A DNA stretch of 62,951 bases, the filler included, from Phoronis australis (taxonomy: Eukaryota; Animalia; Phoronida): assembly GCA_002633005.1 (NCBI GenBank). It is 7 parts of 7 records of this genome, joined end to end, with 100 filler letters (N's around TTAATTAATTAA, not from the genome) between each part and the next. Parts side by side here need not be neighbours in the genome. Positions count along the whole stretch, not along the records: positions 38,317 to 42,771 come from NMRA01002585.1; positions 42,872 to 45,528 come from NMRA01003518.1; positions 45,629 to 47,897 come from NMRA01003762.1; positions 47,998 to 62,951 come from NMRA01000053.1; 3 more parts are not named here. One strand, written 5' to 3'. The position numbers and the translations under genes are program-made. The notes below the pieces were generated by a model, which was not told the DNA's origin, did no database searches, and saw only the letters and a list, made by a program, of their open reading frames with translations. Below are positions 38,780 to 52,549 of this stretch, piece by piece (within the stretch, counting starts at the first letter, position 1; each line of letters opens with the position of its first letter).

Positions 38780-41700
38780 TTGGTTGGTTTCTTGCCGCGG
38801 TGTATTGCGCAGTACGGTCCAATAACGCAAGGTATTGGTCGGAACCATCTTGGGCACATTTCTTTATGAGTGTTTTAATGATTTTAACTCCGGATTCCGC
38901 CTTCCCGTTAGCTTATTGGTGTGCAGCGGACGACATTTCATGGTGTATTCCCCAGGTTGTAATGCGTGTTGGTATACCGTATCGTGCGAAATGTTTCCTC
39001 AGACAGTTTATGACAAAATTAGATGTCAAGGATGTAAGCAGATCGACCTCAATGAAGTTTGACGCATAGCCGACAACAACCGCAAGATAGTGTCGACCGG
39101 AGATCTCGAATAAGTCTATACCGATGGTTTCCTATGGTACACAATTTCTATTGTATGATTGTCTCGATGTCTCCTTTAGGTTTGAGGCTTTCATGGTCTG
39201 GCACGTTTCGCAAGTGTCCACGAACTGTTTGATCTCACGGGGCATACCCAGCCAGAAAATAGTGTTCCGGCCCCTTCTTAGCATCACACCGCCGTAGCCT
39301 AAGTGTGCAGCATGTAGACGATCCCTCATTTGTTGACGCAAAGCCGTCGGTAACGGTATAAAAATACGTTCTCCTTTGAGTATAATGCCTTTCTCATGAC
39401 TTAACGTGTCCCGTATACCGAAGTACGGTTTTAATGCTTCCGAAGGACCTTTTTTGGTTTCGAGTTATCCTTCTTCGATTACCTCAAGTAAATCCTTCGC
39501 CTCAGAGTCAGTTTCCATTGCTCTCTGTATTTCCTCCAAGCGGTCATCAGGAATAATATGTAATGGGTTTTCATAGTTAACGCTCATATCATTAACCTGT
39601 TCCTTGTGGGGAAACGCACGGCTCAGGGTGTCTGCAATAACTAGAGTATTACCCTGCTTATACTCAAACGTGAAGTCGTATCGGTACAGTCGTAATATAA
39701 GAGCCTGCAAACGCTTGGGAGCTTGGCTCAACGGTTTGCGCAGATTATTTTGGAGAGATTTGTGATCATTGTGCACTGTAACCGGTCTACCGAAACTGTA
39801 CTGATTGAAGCGTTCCAGTCCGAACACCAAAGCTAGAGTTTCCTTTTCTCTTTGTGCCCACTTCCGCTCTGAATGGGTGAGAGAGCGAGAAGTGAACTCG
39901 ATTGGTTTACCATGCTGCATGATCACAGCGCCTAAACCATTTCAACTGCTGTCGACCTGTCATGTGAGTTCTACATTAGCGTCATAGAATGCTAACAAAG
40001 TAATTTCAGAGACTTTGTTTTTAAAAGTGAAAACTAGTTGACAGTCAGATGACCAGTTCCACGGAACCTCCTTACGAATGAGATAGCGTAAAGCTCTAAA
40101 TCTTCGGAGAGATTCGGAATGAATCGCGCGAGATTTTGGATCATTCCACAAAATCGCTTGATTCCTGAAACATATTAGTCGGCGACGGCATATCAACTAT
40201 CGCTTTGACCTTATTTTCATCGGGCTGAATAAGGGGAGTGGTGATGCGATGGCCCATGAAAATGACAGAATCTTGTTTCACAACCGCTTTTGAATCATTC
40301 CAACGAATATTCATTTCCACGCACCGCTGTCGCAGTTTCTCTAAACTGGACTTGTGATCCACCCCAGGGTTTTCACAATGATGTCATCTGTTACTGCCAG
40401 AACTCCATCTAATCCACTAAACACGCTATGCATTTTTTCTGGAAAAGTTCACTACTCGTTTTCAAACCGAAAGGCAGTCTGGTCCATCTAAATCTACCGA
40501 AAGGTGTGATCATAGTGGTCAAGAAGCTAGACGCTTTGTCCAGTCAAAGATGTTAAAAAGCTTCTCTTACGTACGTCGAGTTTTGTCAAGATGCGAGCGT
40601 TATTTAGTCGTGGCAAGATATCGTCCAGAGTCGGCAATTTGTAAAGCATCACTTATAGTGGTTGTGGATCTATGCAAATACGAACTTTCCCACTGGACTC
40701 TTTCACTACCGCCATTTGACTGTCCCACTTAGTAGACTCCTCTACTGGGACTAATATGTCACGCTTTACCAAGGAGTCTAGCTCCGCACGAACTGCATCA
40801 TTCATTGCAACCGGTATATTGCGAGACGGTAGATTACGTGGTGGTACCTCGGGTTTAACGTGTAATGACACCTCACCTAGGTCACCTAACTTGAGCTGCG
40901 ACACGACATTACTGACAAGGTTTCTCGATTAACCGTTATCAAACCCATCTCATGTACCTGTTCGTAACTGAGCACACAGTTTCGGTCGGTTGTTACAACA
41001 TCAAATCTGACGTTTCGGCACTCACCATTTGCTAGATTAGTCAAAGATAATTCTACCTCCCTGAGAGGTCGATCGTTCTTTTGTTTTGTTAAACATCGTC
41101 ATGCATTCCCTTGACGGCTTTAGTTGCTTTCTACGCACATGTTGTTGGCATATCGTGTTTTAACACGATCCGCCACTGTTGTCAATGACATTTTAATGTC
41201 ATTGACAACAGTGGCGGATCTAGGATATCACAACGGGGTCAACATTTTGTTTGTAAACATTTGCGCAAAGCACGATTGTAGATGCGCATAGCACCGAATG
41301 GGGGGGAGGTCGGAAGGGGGGTTTTCCCCCCTCCCGTCAAGAAAAATTTTTATTATTCAAGAAAAAAAGGCAAAGGAATAAAAAACACGGAAAACGTGTC
41401 AAACTTGAAAAAATGCATTTACCACAGACTCGAACTCATGACCTGGCGTTTAGAGAGCGCGTGCTTTACCACTACACCACCACAAGTTTCACTCGTAACG
41501 TGATACTGAGAGACCTACTTGTTTATGGTCCACAGCGTTTGCGCGCGAAGCCTACTTCTTTTTGTAATGTTACATTACACTTTTTATATTTTGTGCAATC
41601 AGTTCGTAACAAATTTATTGTATTTAAAAGAGTTTTCAATTGCCCAAAAGACCAAGTCCGTTATTTAGTGTTGGCATTAATGACGCGATTGCTTTGGAAA

Positions 41701-42260
41701 TCGTCTTAAGGTTTGACAAAGAGAGAATTAATGAGTTTCTGAGTGATTCACTAAGGCTTCGATTAAAATTTACATCTTACCAGCAGCTTCTGTTTTTTCA
41801 TCGTCACTCAGATTCCATTTTCTTTAAAAAAATGAAGTAATTTTCTTCATTGCACAGTGAACTAGACGACGGAAACAGAGTCGTAATGCGCAGCGCCACT
41901 GCCGGTCGCCTGGGATATCGCGGGAGAGCCTATACTTAGCCATAGTTCCCTTACGATTGAGCCGTGCTCCAAATTGGACACTTGAAATTGGATCTAAGCC
42001 CCCACCCTCCAAACACACGTAAACTATTTAAATCTTGTTTCATCCGTATAATTTCAATCACCGGGGTTAATTAATATTTCCCTACGCTCTTGCTGTTTAA
42101 TTTTTTGCGGCAGCCAAGGGAGGGCGGGTCCCCTGGGCCTCCCTAAATCCGCCTATGCACCACGAAAGTTGTACTCCCCTCAGAGATAGAGAAACTTGAA
42201 AGCCAAGCGATGGTCGCAATGTTTGGCGGAGAGAGCACGTGTTTACCAGGTTTCATTGTC
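38780..42260 (-). mobile_element. Ty3/Gypsy pol pseudogene (protease-RT-RNaseH-integrase), interrupted by MITE
   Basis: GKVRICIDP.PL, FMGHRIT, SRSLTHSERKWAQ.EKETLALVFGLERF, DHKSL, IADTLSRA and LHAAHLG...CETCQ. Many frameshifts; no LTR visible. Confidence 0.92.
41209..42157. mobile_element. MITE copy 2 of the CAGTGGCGGATCTAGG family, nested in Gypsy pol
   Basis: Collinear with 14896-15866 over its whole length, with the same TIRs. Confidence 0.88.
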
Positions 42261-42261
42261 T

Positions 42262-42563
42262 TGAGTGTACTACCAGGTCATTGTTTGGGTGGGATGGCAA
42301 ATGATCCGGATCCTATAGACTGGGACTGCAGACTAGAAGAAAATTCGTACCTATCATAACTGCCATGAATGCTGCACCAGACACTCCTGAAGATGATACA
42401 CTGCAAACTGCACTGGCCACAGCTTGTAGTACGCCCCGTTGCAGTTGCAGAAAGAATGGGTTTGCATGTACGTACATCTACATGTGGATTGTGTCTAGCG
42501 ACATATTGTGACAATCCGCTAAATCAAGTTTCTGAGGAACTTGAAGACAGTGAAGAGGCTTGA
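42262..42563 (+). mobile_element. C-terminal CXC (tesmin-like Cys cluster) remnant of transposon-associated ORF
   Basis: Frameshifted VYYQV..W...DP.DW, LLKMIHC, CSCRKNGFAC and STCGLC....CDNP, followed by an acidic tail. Confidence 0.55.
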
Positions 42564-42954
42564 ACGGAGGCAGTACGTGTAATGAACGCAACATTCTTCG
42601 TTGAAAATGTAACGTAATCGTTCATGCGTCACGTCGACGAATAAATACTTTACTGGCACCTGGTTTTCAGTCATTCTGATACTGACAGATGCCTTTTAAA
42701 GTGGCATGGACCGCGAAAACTCGTGAAAAATACGTTTTAAACGATCCCTAACCAAAGTACCTTCCTTCAACNNNNNNNNNNNNNNNNNNNNNNNNNNNNN
42801 NNNNNNNNNNNNNNNTTAATTAATTAANNNNNNNNNNNNNNNNNNNNNNNNNNNNNNNNNNNNNNNNNNNNGACGGTGCAATCTGGGGCCGTGAGTTGCT
42901 CCGGGTCCCCAAATGTAAATCCGGCACTGATAACAGTAAACATCCCTAAGAACT

Positions 42955-43505
42955 TTATTTGTTTATTTATTCATTGTGGTATTTACAAGGAGGGTATCCC
43001 ATCGATTTTCACTGCTTTCCATGGAGGACCTCAATAAAAACTGATGGAATAAAATAAACAGTAAATGGAAGATACTAAAAGAATACGACATGATTAAATA
43101 AAAATGATTACTGCATATATAATGAATAATAGTAAACAAAAGTACAAGACATCATGTATATAGATGAATAAAATACAATATATTGGTCTGAGGAAATTGT
43201 AGGCATGATATTTGCTACACAAAACACTTCTTCAATAAACTGACTTCTGATAAGTCTTTTAAAAATTGTTAAGGGTGATGCAGACTTGGCATCGGAAGGG
43301 ACAGTGTTCCATAAATAAGACACGCTGTAAGTAAATAATTTTTTACCAATTTCATTTCTGGTTTTCGGCTAATTGGATTATTGTGAGGCCCTTGTGTTAT
43401 AGCAATTAACAATCATCGTAAACTTAACACACTTAAGTACGTTGGAACAAGGTGGTTGAAGCAGTTATTCATCAACATGCTGATAGGAATTTACGTCTTA
43501 CGTGT
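42955..43505 (-). mobile_element. CR1/L2-type LINE 3' end
   Basis: ORF2 C-terminal YLWNTVP..K....L..FK, then a 3' UTR, a stem-loop and an AATAAATAAAC tail. Confidence 0.75.
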
Positions 43506-45628
43506 ACTTTCATTATTCTCGTTTCCGATGTTTCACATCAAACATAAGAAATCCTCTATTGTGTTTGCCATGTATGGTAATTAATGGTCGCCTATTTCAA
43601 GGCAACTATTTTGTGAATGACCATTACGTAATTTAGTTGACTGCGAAGTTCATCCAAACATGTGTGGAAGTACGATATTGGCCACTGACTCACGGCAAGT
43701 GAAACCCAAAACAAGTTAACATAAATATCAGAACGAATCTAACTAGTAATGTAAAATATCGATGACTATCAAATGACCATACTTAACAAAAAATTATCAT
43801 TAAGATATCATGGATTTCATGACAATTACCCCGTCCCTTATATTTCCCAACTGATGTCCCCCAGGTACGTGCCCCCCCCCCCTCCCCGGCCCCCGTCGTC
43901 TCAATTTTCCCCGGACCACATGTTCCTCAACCCCGAAGACTCCCCCAGCCCTACTCCTCATGATTTTCTATATATTGGGACTCAATTTTTTGTATTACTT
44001 ATCCAATCTACATACCTGCTGTGGGGCGCGTGGGGATCCTCAGTATTCAATGATAGGAATGAGGTGCGACTTCAATAGTAATCCCACAAGAGAAAAAATC
44101 ACGCTGATTGTGACCAATCCCATTGCTTAAGTCCAAATTTGAAAATTAATGGTTTTGAATTTCCATAGTCATCAATTCGATATAATCATGAACGTCCCAC
44201 TTGTAAGACGCACGCACAAACATGCGACATATATAATGCGTTTTTCTCTGAAAATTAAGGATTTTTTCGTTACGTATCGGTGCACATGTCTGTGGCTCAC
44301 TGGTGCATCTGAGTCGCGCGTAAATATGTTTAAACGTAATAGTCAAGGTGCAGCGACGATTGAGTCAAGTGTTTTATGATTTTTCAAGAATCAAGTACTT
44401 AACGTTGGTTCTTAATAAGATGAAAAGTACACGACGTAGTGATGCCTCCCGGACTGTTCAGATCTGACGCCGGTCAGGAGTAATTAAGCTATGTGCATAA
44501 ATTACCTCAACAAATTAGTTATCAACTACTGTGAAAATTATTTATGAAGGGCATATCTAGTTGGTAGGGTTAAAAGTACCCTGAGATAAATCTGAAGTTG
44601 AGCGTTCTCAAACAACGCAAGATTTACTAATTCACATGTCTTACTCCGCTATATAGCCAGATGTAAGTCACGTTTGCAAGATGTTAACTAAACATTGGCA
44701 AGAAGGGACAATTCCCTCGCGGTCGAGGGAAATCACAGGTTTGAACGAGGAAATAATATGCACCAATCAGGCAACTCCATAACTAGGTCAACCAATCAAG
44801 TGAGAGCTATAACTGGTCACCCAGTCATGCGAAATATTTTATCGAATATTATGATAGCATTCTTGTTAACGGTGAGTTGAATAATATTTTTATGACAATG
44901 AACTAGCTATGGGTGGAGATGTTATATTCACGAAAAGTACAATTGATGAAGCTTGAGAGCCAAAAATAGAGCTCGTGAATAGAAACAAGAACACAGTATG
45001 CATTTATTCACCAATATGGGGCATATATGTCGACAGTTGTGTCATAATCTGACGAGATGTGGTTAGCCTTGAATGAAGTCGTGCAGCACAATTAATTTAT
45101 TTTGAATTAAATTCTTGACTCGCCTACATAACAGTCTGTTCACTGAGAAAGTAAGATTATTTGGAGACTTAGAGAAATATATATAGTAGTGAAGCTGGTA
45201 AACAAGCATACGTGTACATGACAATTCAATTAAGCGCGCAAGTCATACTAACACAGTAAAGATGGCGTGAGTTGGCAAACTACAAGGTTTAATTTATATC
45301 AGAGCCCATGAATGCCTTTTAATGACTTATCGAAAACTCGTGAACACAACGCCAAATTTATCATGTATATAAATTAATCGTGCGTATCTACTTTTACAGA
45401 CATTCAACAGCATGCGAGTAAAATGACCCACCCTAAAAATAGGGTGCTCGAATTTTTGAGAATGTGGATCTTTTACTAAGATTCACTTGCTACGTTCAGA
45501 CCTATGAATTGCGCTTCCGCCGAATTTTNNNNNNNNNNNNNNNNNNNNNNNNNNNNNNNNNNNNNNNNNNNNTTAATTAATTAANNNNNNNNNNNNNNNN
45601 NNNNNNNNNNNNNNNNNNNNNNNNNNNN

Positions 45629-47604
45629 TCAGGTCCCATGCTCGGGCAAATGCATCCAAACCTCTGTAAATAAGCCAAGTAGCGTACTGCATGCACATTG
45701 CTTGGGCTACGCTTAGTAAATATGGCGACTTGTCGGGTCAAGTCAACATAATGAGTCTGTCTCTCAAATAATACTGAACTATCAGTTCTTTAGAAGAACA
45801 GAAAGCCTGGTCTGTTACACTGAGTAAGAAGGACCACTTTTTAGACCAGTTTTGCCGCACGGGTAAGTAGTCTAAACCAAATTATTTTACATCAGACGGA
45901 GGGTGGTTTACAGCCACTGTAGTGGCAATGGTACAAGAAAGAAATTCTGACCACTAGATGCTTCCAAAAACACAGCAGATAGTATGAATATATAAATATG
46001 TGGGCCCATAAAAAATGAGAAAAAATAAGATAAAACGAAGTCAAAATTGCAAGATTCCACAATGCTAAAAGACAATCCAGCGTTTTCAATAACACAACAA
46101 CTATTAAATAAAAGTTAAGATTTGTATACTAGCTACAACTCCTGGTTTTAATGGTTCAGAAGACTTGAGACAAGACAGATCACATTCAAACGGGTATGGT
46201 ACATGTTAAGTTTTAACCAAATCTCACAATTCACAGCAAACAGTACGGACTTTTCTTTTCATTCAAAACCATAAAAAACTGTCAAGTGAAAAAAATTGAT
46301 GACGCAATTTTCAAATGATTCTTGAAGCAGAAAATCTTGGCTCGTGCACCAGAAATGGTGAATTATGTCTCGGACTTTAACAGTCAAGGCTCGTCAATCA
46401 CTTCAATGGCAAAAATTTTCCACGGGTAGGTCATCGAAGTCGCGAGCTTACACAAGTCATTACACTTGCATCACTTGCCCTTCACCTGCGTGACATAACG
46501 TAATTCTGCTTGGTTGCAACTCGGTCAAATGAGTGAACCCCCCGGGTTTCCACGGTCACTCACCCTGTACAAGCTAAGGATCCGTCGTTCTGGAAAGCGA
46601 TGTCATACACAGGTTTACTGTGCCCCTCCTGATGCAAGATCTCTTCCTGGGCCTCAAGATCCCAGAGACGCCATGAGTTGTCATAACTGGAATGATGATA
46701 AGGCTTCAATTACTATGCAATAATGTATAAACTTCGACAGAACTAGTTATTTGATAGAGTTTGATGCTCTCCAAGGCAACGGAATGGATCCTTGGTTTCG
46801 GCAGAATAGCCTACTCATTCAACTATTTCATTGCCAGGTTTTTAGAACTGCATTTCTGCAAGTCAGATAAATTTTGACAACAAGTATAACATACATGTGT
46901 AGTGTACAATCATTAATGATGATTTAAAATTAATTTTCATTTGTTGGTGGACTGTTAAGAAAATTCCAGGGTAAGATGAACATGGAACATGTTTTTGGTA
47001 TTTTAAAATTGCAATATCATCTGATGAAGTACATATTTGTCAGGTAGAGTATTCAACACTTGTGATGGAAAACCCTGTCAATGGCCAATTTGGGTCAATC
47101 TTCAGCAGGAGGGAAGTACTTGTAATTGTGTATTAATTTAGCAGAGAGGAGTTCTACAGCATGCACTGGTTAGCTAAAGTTAGCAGTTTAGTTGAAATAT
47201 AAAATAGTACTTTTGTCGAAATTCTGTTAGTTTGATGTGGTGTGACTGTGCCTAGTTGCTAACAGTTTATTTGCAAATGGACTTCAAAGGTAGTCACAAC
47301 TTTGCTAAAATGTGTGGAGGAACTCCTGTGGAGGTTTTGTCAACACATTTAGCCATTGAAATGGGTTCTTCTTGAAAAAAAAATGGATATTTCCTTGTAG
47401 TTCAGTGCGGAGAAAGTTTGTTGAATTTCGACATTGTCCAATTTATTTTAAAAACTAGTTGTAAGTTTATGACCAAATGAACTTTACTTAATAAGTGAAC
47501 TAATAGCCTACCAGCAGGTTCCCAAGAACCTCCCCGAAGGGTGGTACGCCAAACGGCTCACACGGTAGGGGGCATGGCCTTCAATGTCAGCCACTGGCTC
47601 TTCA
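45629..47604 (-). CDS. PRPF4: U4/U6 snRNP protein Prp4 (WD40), three internal exons
   Basis: Exons 47604-47512 ([30 protein letters not shown]), 46686-46564 ([40 protein letters not shown]) and 45663-45629 ([11 protein letters not shown], cut by gap). All junctions are phase 2 and GT-AG. Confidence 0.93.
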
Positions 47605-47729
47605 CTGTAAATGAAACAAGAAGAATATGCTCAGCTCACACAAGTCTTGTACAGCAAGATCCTTTAGAATAAAATCAAGATGAGAGAGCACTTGACTTAC
47701 AATATCAGTCCAGATTACAAATATTTTTT

Positions 47730-47897
47730 TTAAGTCTGGTCTGCACGTCCCCTGTTGGCCACATCACGTGACCTAATGTACAAAACTCCTCAAGTATTTC
47801 TGCTCTGATCAGGTTCGAGTCCTAGTAAGGGGAAAAATCTTTTCAGACTGATGTTGCCAACAGGTGACGAGCAGACAGGATTTAATGTTCGTGATCC
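47730..47897. mobile_element. Relative of the 11812-12056 tRNA-containing MITE, in PRPF4 intron
   Basis: Contains taagtctggtctgca...atcacgtgacctaatg, an internal ggttcgagtcc and the right end aatgttcgtgatc. Confidence 0.6.
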
Positions 47898-48215
47898 NNN
47901 NNNNNNNNNNNNNNNNNNNNNNNNNNNNNNNNNNNNNNNNNTTAATTAATTAANNNNNNNNNNNNNNNNNNNNNNNNNNNNNNNNNNNNNNNNNNNNTTC
48001 AAGAACTGGGATAAATGTAATTATACCACAATATTAGCCTCGAATGGCCGATACAACCGTGTAATTACCCATTTAGTCATCTTTGGCGCGAACCGAGGCA
48101 CATTTCGAACCCGGGCGGCAGGAGTTTTGAGTCGTCGACTTATTACACAACTCAGCGGCTGACGTCATCATACAGAATACTTAAATGAGCACGCGCAACA
48201 ATCGCATGTTCTGCT

Positions 48216-48610
48216 AAGGGCATTGTACCGACATTTATACGCAATGAAAAATCAGACGCACAATTTCCAATTAAAACGATATTTTAATTCAGCAAAATTT
48301 TTTCTCATGTCCTCTCACTTGTAAATCCCCGATCTCCAATTTGAATGCTGGTATCGTGTGGTTGGGATCCTAGTTACAAAGCCGAGGCGAATCGAGAAAG
48401 GTAGATCGATTTATTGCAATGTTTCTCGTTTAGTATGTGGTATAAATAGATTATTACATGTTCTCAGTCGTTATCCCCCTTTTTAGAGCCCTCGTGGATT
48501 TAGGAGTATTATCGCCCTCGGGGCTAACGCACCTCGGGCGATAATTCTCCAAAATCTACTCGTGCTCTAGAATACGGGGGATACAGACTTTGTCTTGTAA
48601 TAATCTATAT
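48216..48610. mobile_element. Crypton-like palindromic element copy 2
   Basis: Aligns with 33858-34371. Hairpin at 48446-48610. Confidence 0.65.
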
Positions 48611-50611
48611 GCACAGTGTTTTTTTTTGTTTTTTGAAGCGTATCTACGGATTGAGTGAGCATTTTTTTCTACGATAAAATGCAGTTGTTGTTCGCTAAAT
48701 AATGTTTGCGTTTTCACAAAAATGACCATGAGTAAAAAATGAGCAATTTCTCTTCCATATCCAATTCCAATTTTAAATTAGTCAAAGTCGAAGTATTTTC
48801 CACAGGCAAGTACGTCTCCGATATAGTTGAACAAGAAGCACACACAGTGAGAATATTTAGCAATAGATTCACGCCTACCAGTTTTATTTGTTTCTATTTC
48901 GAATCATTACAGAACTGCGTCAGTAGCATCATCTTCAAAAACTAGACCAATCATAAAATGCGTTTTACCGCATGAAAGGAGGATTGCGGCTACTAGTTTG
49001 GAAGCGTTTTTATTTTTGAGTATTAATTTTTGTTGATCTACGACGGAATCCAACATTTGACTATGATATCTGGCATAAGAGACTTGAACAGAAATGGGAC
49101 AATTAACAATTATTGTCGGTGTTAGTTTTTTACATAATGCTATACTTTCGTCGTATGTTTCGAAGTCAATTCACCGTTTCTTTTCTTCAATAGAATGTAA
49201 AGATAGCAGTGGTCACATTTGCAAGCGGAACGACGAGTGGGTGGAGACAGTGGGCGGGGTTACGTTTGACTGTGTGTGTACACTCCCAATCACGTGGTTG
49301 AGTCCTTCTCCGAGCGAATTGCCACCCAAGTTGTACAAGAAACTCCCACCGCGGGGAATCTGCAAACGACGAGGTATACGCTTTATAGTCGTTTAGTATA
49401 TCGGTGTGGGGACCTGTATTACTTGTTCGGACTGGTTATGAGGAGTAGGCATCGTCATGAGCAAAATCTGCAAAAATTCCCCGACAAGGCGCATGGTACT
49501 TTAGGAGGTCTTTTACCTCGTTACACATGACTTTTTGCAATGAATTTGGCATGCACTCAGTGGAAGAGTAGTCGTTGAATGTGACCTTAATTACAATAAT
49601 ACGGTCCCTACATTGACTAGGCTCAAGAGATTTCACTGATTGTTTACACAACGATAAACTTCGAGTGTCAATGTCTTTACAATTGTTCTTGTTTAACTTA
49701 ATTTTGTGTTTGAGTACCACCATGTAACCATAGACAACACGCATGAGAAATATCGTTGATATTTGTAATTTGTGGTTTAGGTTACGACACCTACTATAAA
49801 AATATTTCTACGGACTCGTCACACTCGAGTGTCGCATGACTTTCCACACACGGCGTGAGCAACTGTACGGTTTCGCATTGAGCCGGTGGTGTTTTCAACT
49901 TATTGTTGTCGTCTAAGTATGTATCAATACCTGCAGAAAGTAACTCATTCCTATACATATAAACCTATATCTTGATAAAAAAAACGTCAAATGACTCGGC
50001 CAAGAACGTGCTGTCCGTCTTAATGTACAGACTATATCTCCCAGAACAGTAACTGAGACCTGTTGCTTTCTATGACGTAAATCACGTAAATCGCCCAGCA
50101 CTAAACTTTAAAGATTAGTCGATTGTTGCGACGACTTCGAACTGGAGGAAATATCTAAAATTCCCATCCAACAAACCGCAAGGTTTGGTGCGAGAATAAC
50201 TCAATACACCGATTTCCACATTTGGCATGTATAGGAACGCCCATCTTCTTGACTTTCTCCACTACCAGTTCACGTCCCTTCTTATTGGGACTAACTCTTT
50301 CAATCTCAGTGACAAATGCCACATATTTTGTATGTACATTCTTTCAACTCCAAGCGCAGATAGGGTGGGTATTTGCTGAAATATTTGCCCCAAATGGACT
50401 ACATGTATAGTTGTAACAAGTCAGCCTCCCCGAGGTAAAGGTCCATCCCTATCCTATCCGATAGGATACGATAGGATGTAGATGGACAACAACTAGTACT
50501 ACTAACCCTAATCATAATCAAGTTAAAGATGCTATGTCTCAATAAATTGTAAATATGCACATGAAGTACTAGTTTACAAACAACCCTGCGTCTTCCGGTG
50601 TGCTGGAAACC

Positions 50612-51358
50612 ATCCGAAGTTTCACTAATCCGAAGGTTCACTACACCGAAGGTTCACTACTCCGAAGGTTCGCCACCTTCGAAAGATTACTACTTCGAAT
50701 GTACACAATTCCGAAACCAGAACTCCGACACGTCATTACTTTGACTGTCTACTAATGAGTGGAAACTGACGTGATTACATTGTTCACCATCAAACTCATT
50801 TCCAATCCCTGCCAATCGTAATTTTTCAATCTAACCAAAGACTCATTTTCAATTAAGGACAACATCTGGGGCAAGGGTTCGGCGACCAACTGCAGTTTAA
50901 GTTTAAGAAGATTGGTTGTGACTTTCGTGAAGACTGGCAGGTACAGGGTAGCCAACTAACTACATTTAGCTTCGACCCGGCCGTGCGAGTAGTCGCGTTG
51001 TGAGATGTGATCTTGACAGGGATTTGATGAACGTATCGTGGTTCATAATTCATTAACCTACTTCATGTTCTTTCAGAAATGCAAGTACGTACTCACTTCT
51101 ACCTACTCGGAAGACATGCGGGCAATTTTGCACGCGCATGAAATATAAATTAAATGATTTATTACCCGGGGTTGTTTTTGGTATACTTGCATCTAATACA
51201 CAAAGTGCCGTTGGTTTTTGCATGTAGCAGTACCTGTATAACAATTAGACCTGAATCCGTAAGTTCAGATATTTTCTGAGTAGTGAACTTTCGGAGTAGT
51301 AAACACTTGAAGTAGTCAACCTTCGGAATATGAACCTTCGGAATAGCGGGCTGTTCCT
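50612..51358. mobile_element. Foldback-type element with inverted arrays of ~16-bp subterminal repeats
   Basis: (ccgaaggttcacta.t)n at 50612-50730 and its reverse complement (agtgaac.ttcgga)n at 51278-51345. Confidence 0.6.
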
Positions 51359-52459
51359 GCAATGTAAGCAATGGGTAACATGCAAAAATGCAGACATGAA
51401 AGCTTACCTCAAGTCATTCTCCAACTAAACATTTCCGTCAGACAACGTAATGAGGTGTAATCGCTAATTTCAACACGCGTGGTTTGAAAGTTTGGCAAGA
51501 GATAACGCAAGAATGTTCTATTTATGAACCACGTTACATCCGAATACGTGTCCCGTTCTTTGCGAACAACCGTCAATGCATCCTCACTTCTGGTCGAATT
51601 CTTTGCCGGATACAGATTTCCCTTCCACATGATTAAGTTGTGTTTTCGGTAAGGTCCCTAGGGCCTTATCGAAAACTAGTGTCGACGTTTGCAAAATATC
51701 AAAGGTCAACGTTTCTAGAAATTCGAACCACCCCCGCGCAATGCTATGTAAGGGCCTGCAAATGTCCCATTTCTTCTAATTTCTCATTTTCCGCGTTTAC
51801 TTTTTGTTGTCCATCTTTCAAATTTGGTTAATCTTCGTAGCCGAACAAGCCAATGTCTCCACCAGTTTTAGTTTTCCTGATATTTACATACATGTATACA
51901 TTGTATCTTCCAGCCGGCAAAGCTCAACTGACACGCACTGGCTTTGGGAGCGATATCATCAAGCTCATGAATAATTCTAGAAATTATAGACTTATTCATT
52001 TGTGACGTAGGCTGTTGCTTAACGTTTGGCACGGCAAAGTTTGTTTTCGATTATAATGGGTCTACGCCAGATTTCATTCCGATATGCTTGTTTGTATCCG
52101 ATCCCCCAAAACCTTACAATGTCCTTTGAGTACTTCATTGTTACGGTGTTGTCGAGGGTAATAATTCTGCCTCATCTAAAAACAGTAAGAACGCTTTATT
52201 GTCTTAGGGTAACATGCCATCTGCTATCATCTTATTAAAGTTGACCCAGGTGTCTAACTTCTGTACTGTTTTTAAAGAACCGATCACGCATGGTGTGATA
52301 TATTTCTTTTACTGCACTGTATTCTCGTGGTAAATCTGTCTCTATATCCCTTTCGCACTATTTTCGCTCGGTACAGTATTCTTCATCTTTGCCTTCTTAT
52401 CTCGTTCTACTTTTGACTTCTTTATAGATGGACTCTTCTAATCAAACTCTTTCCCTCCT

Positions 52460-52473
52460 ATATATATACACAG

Positions 52474-52549
<76 letters not shown>

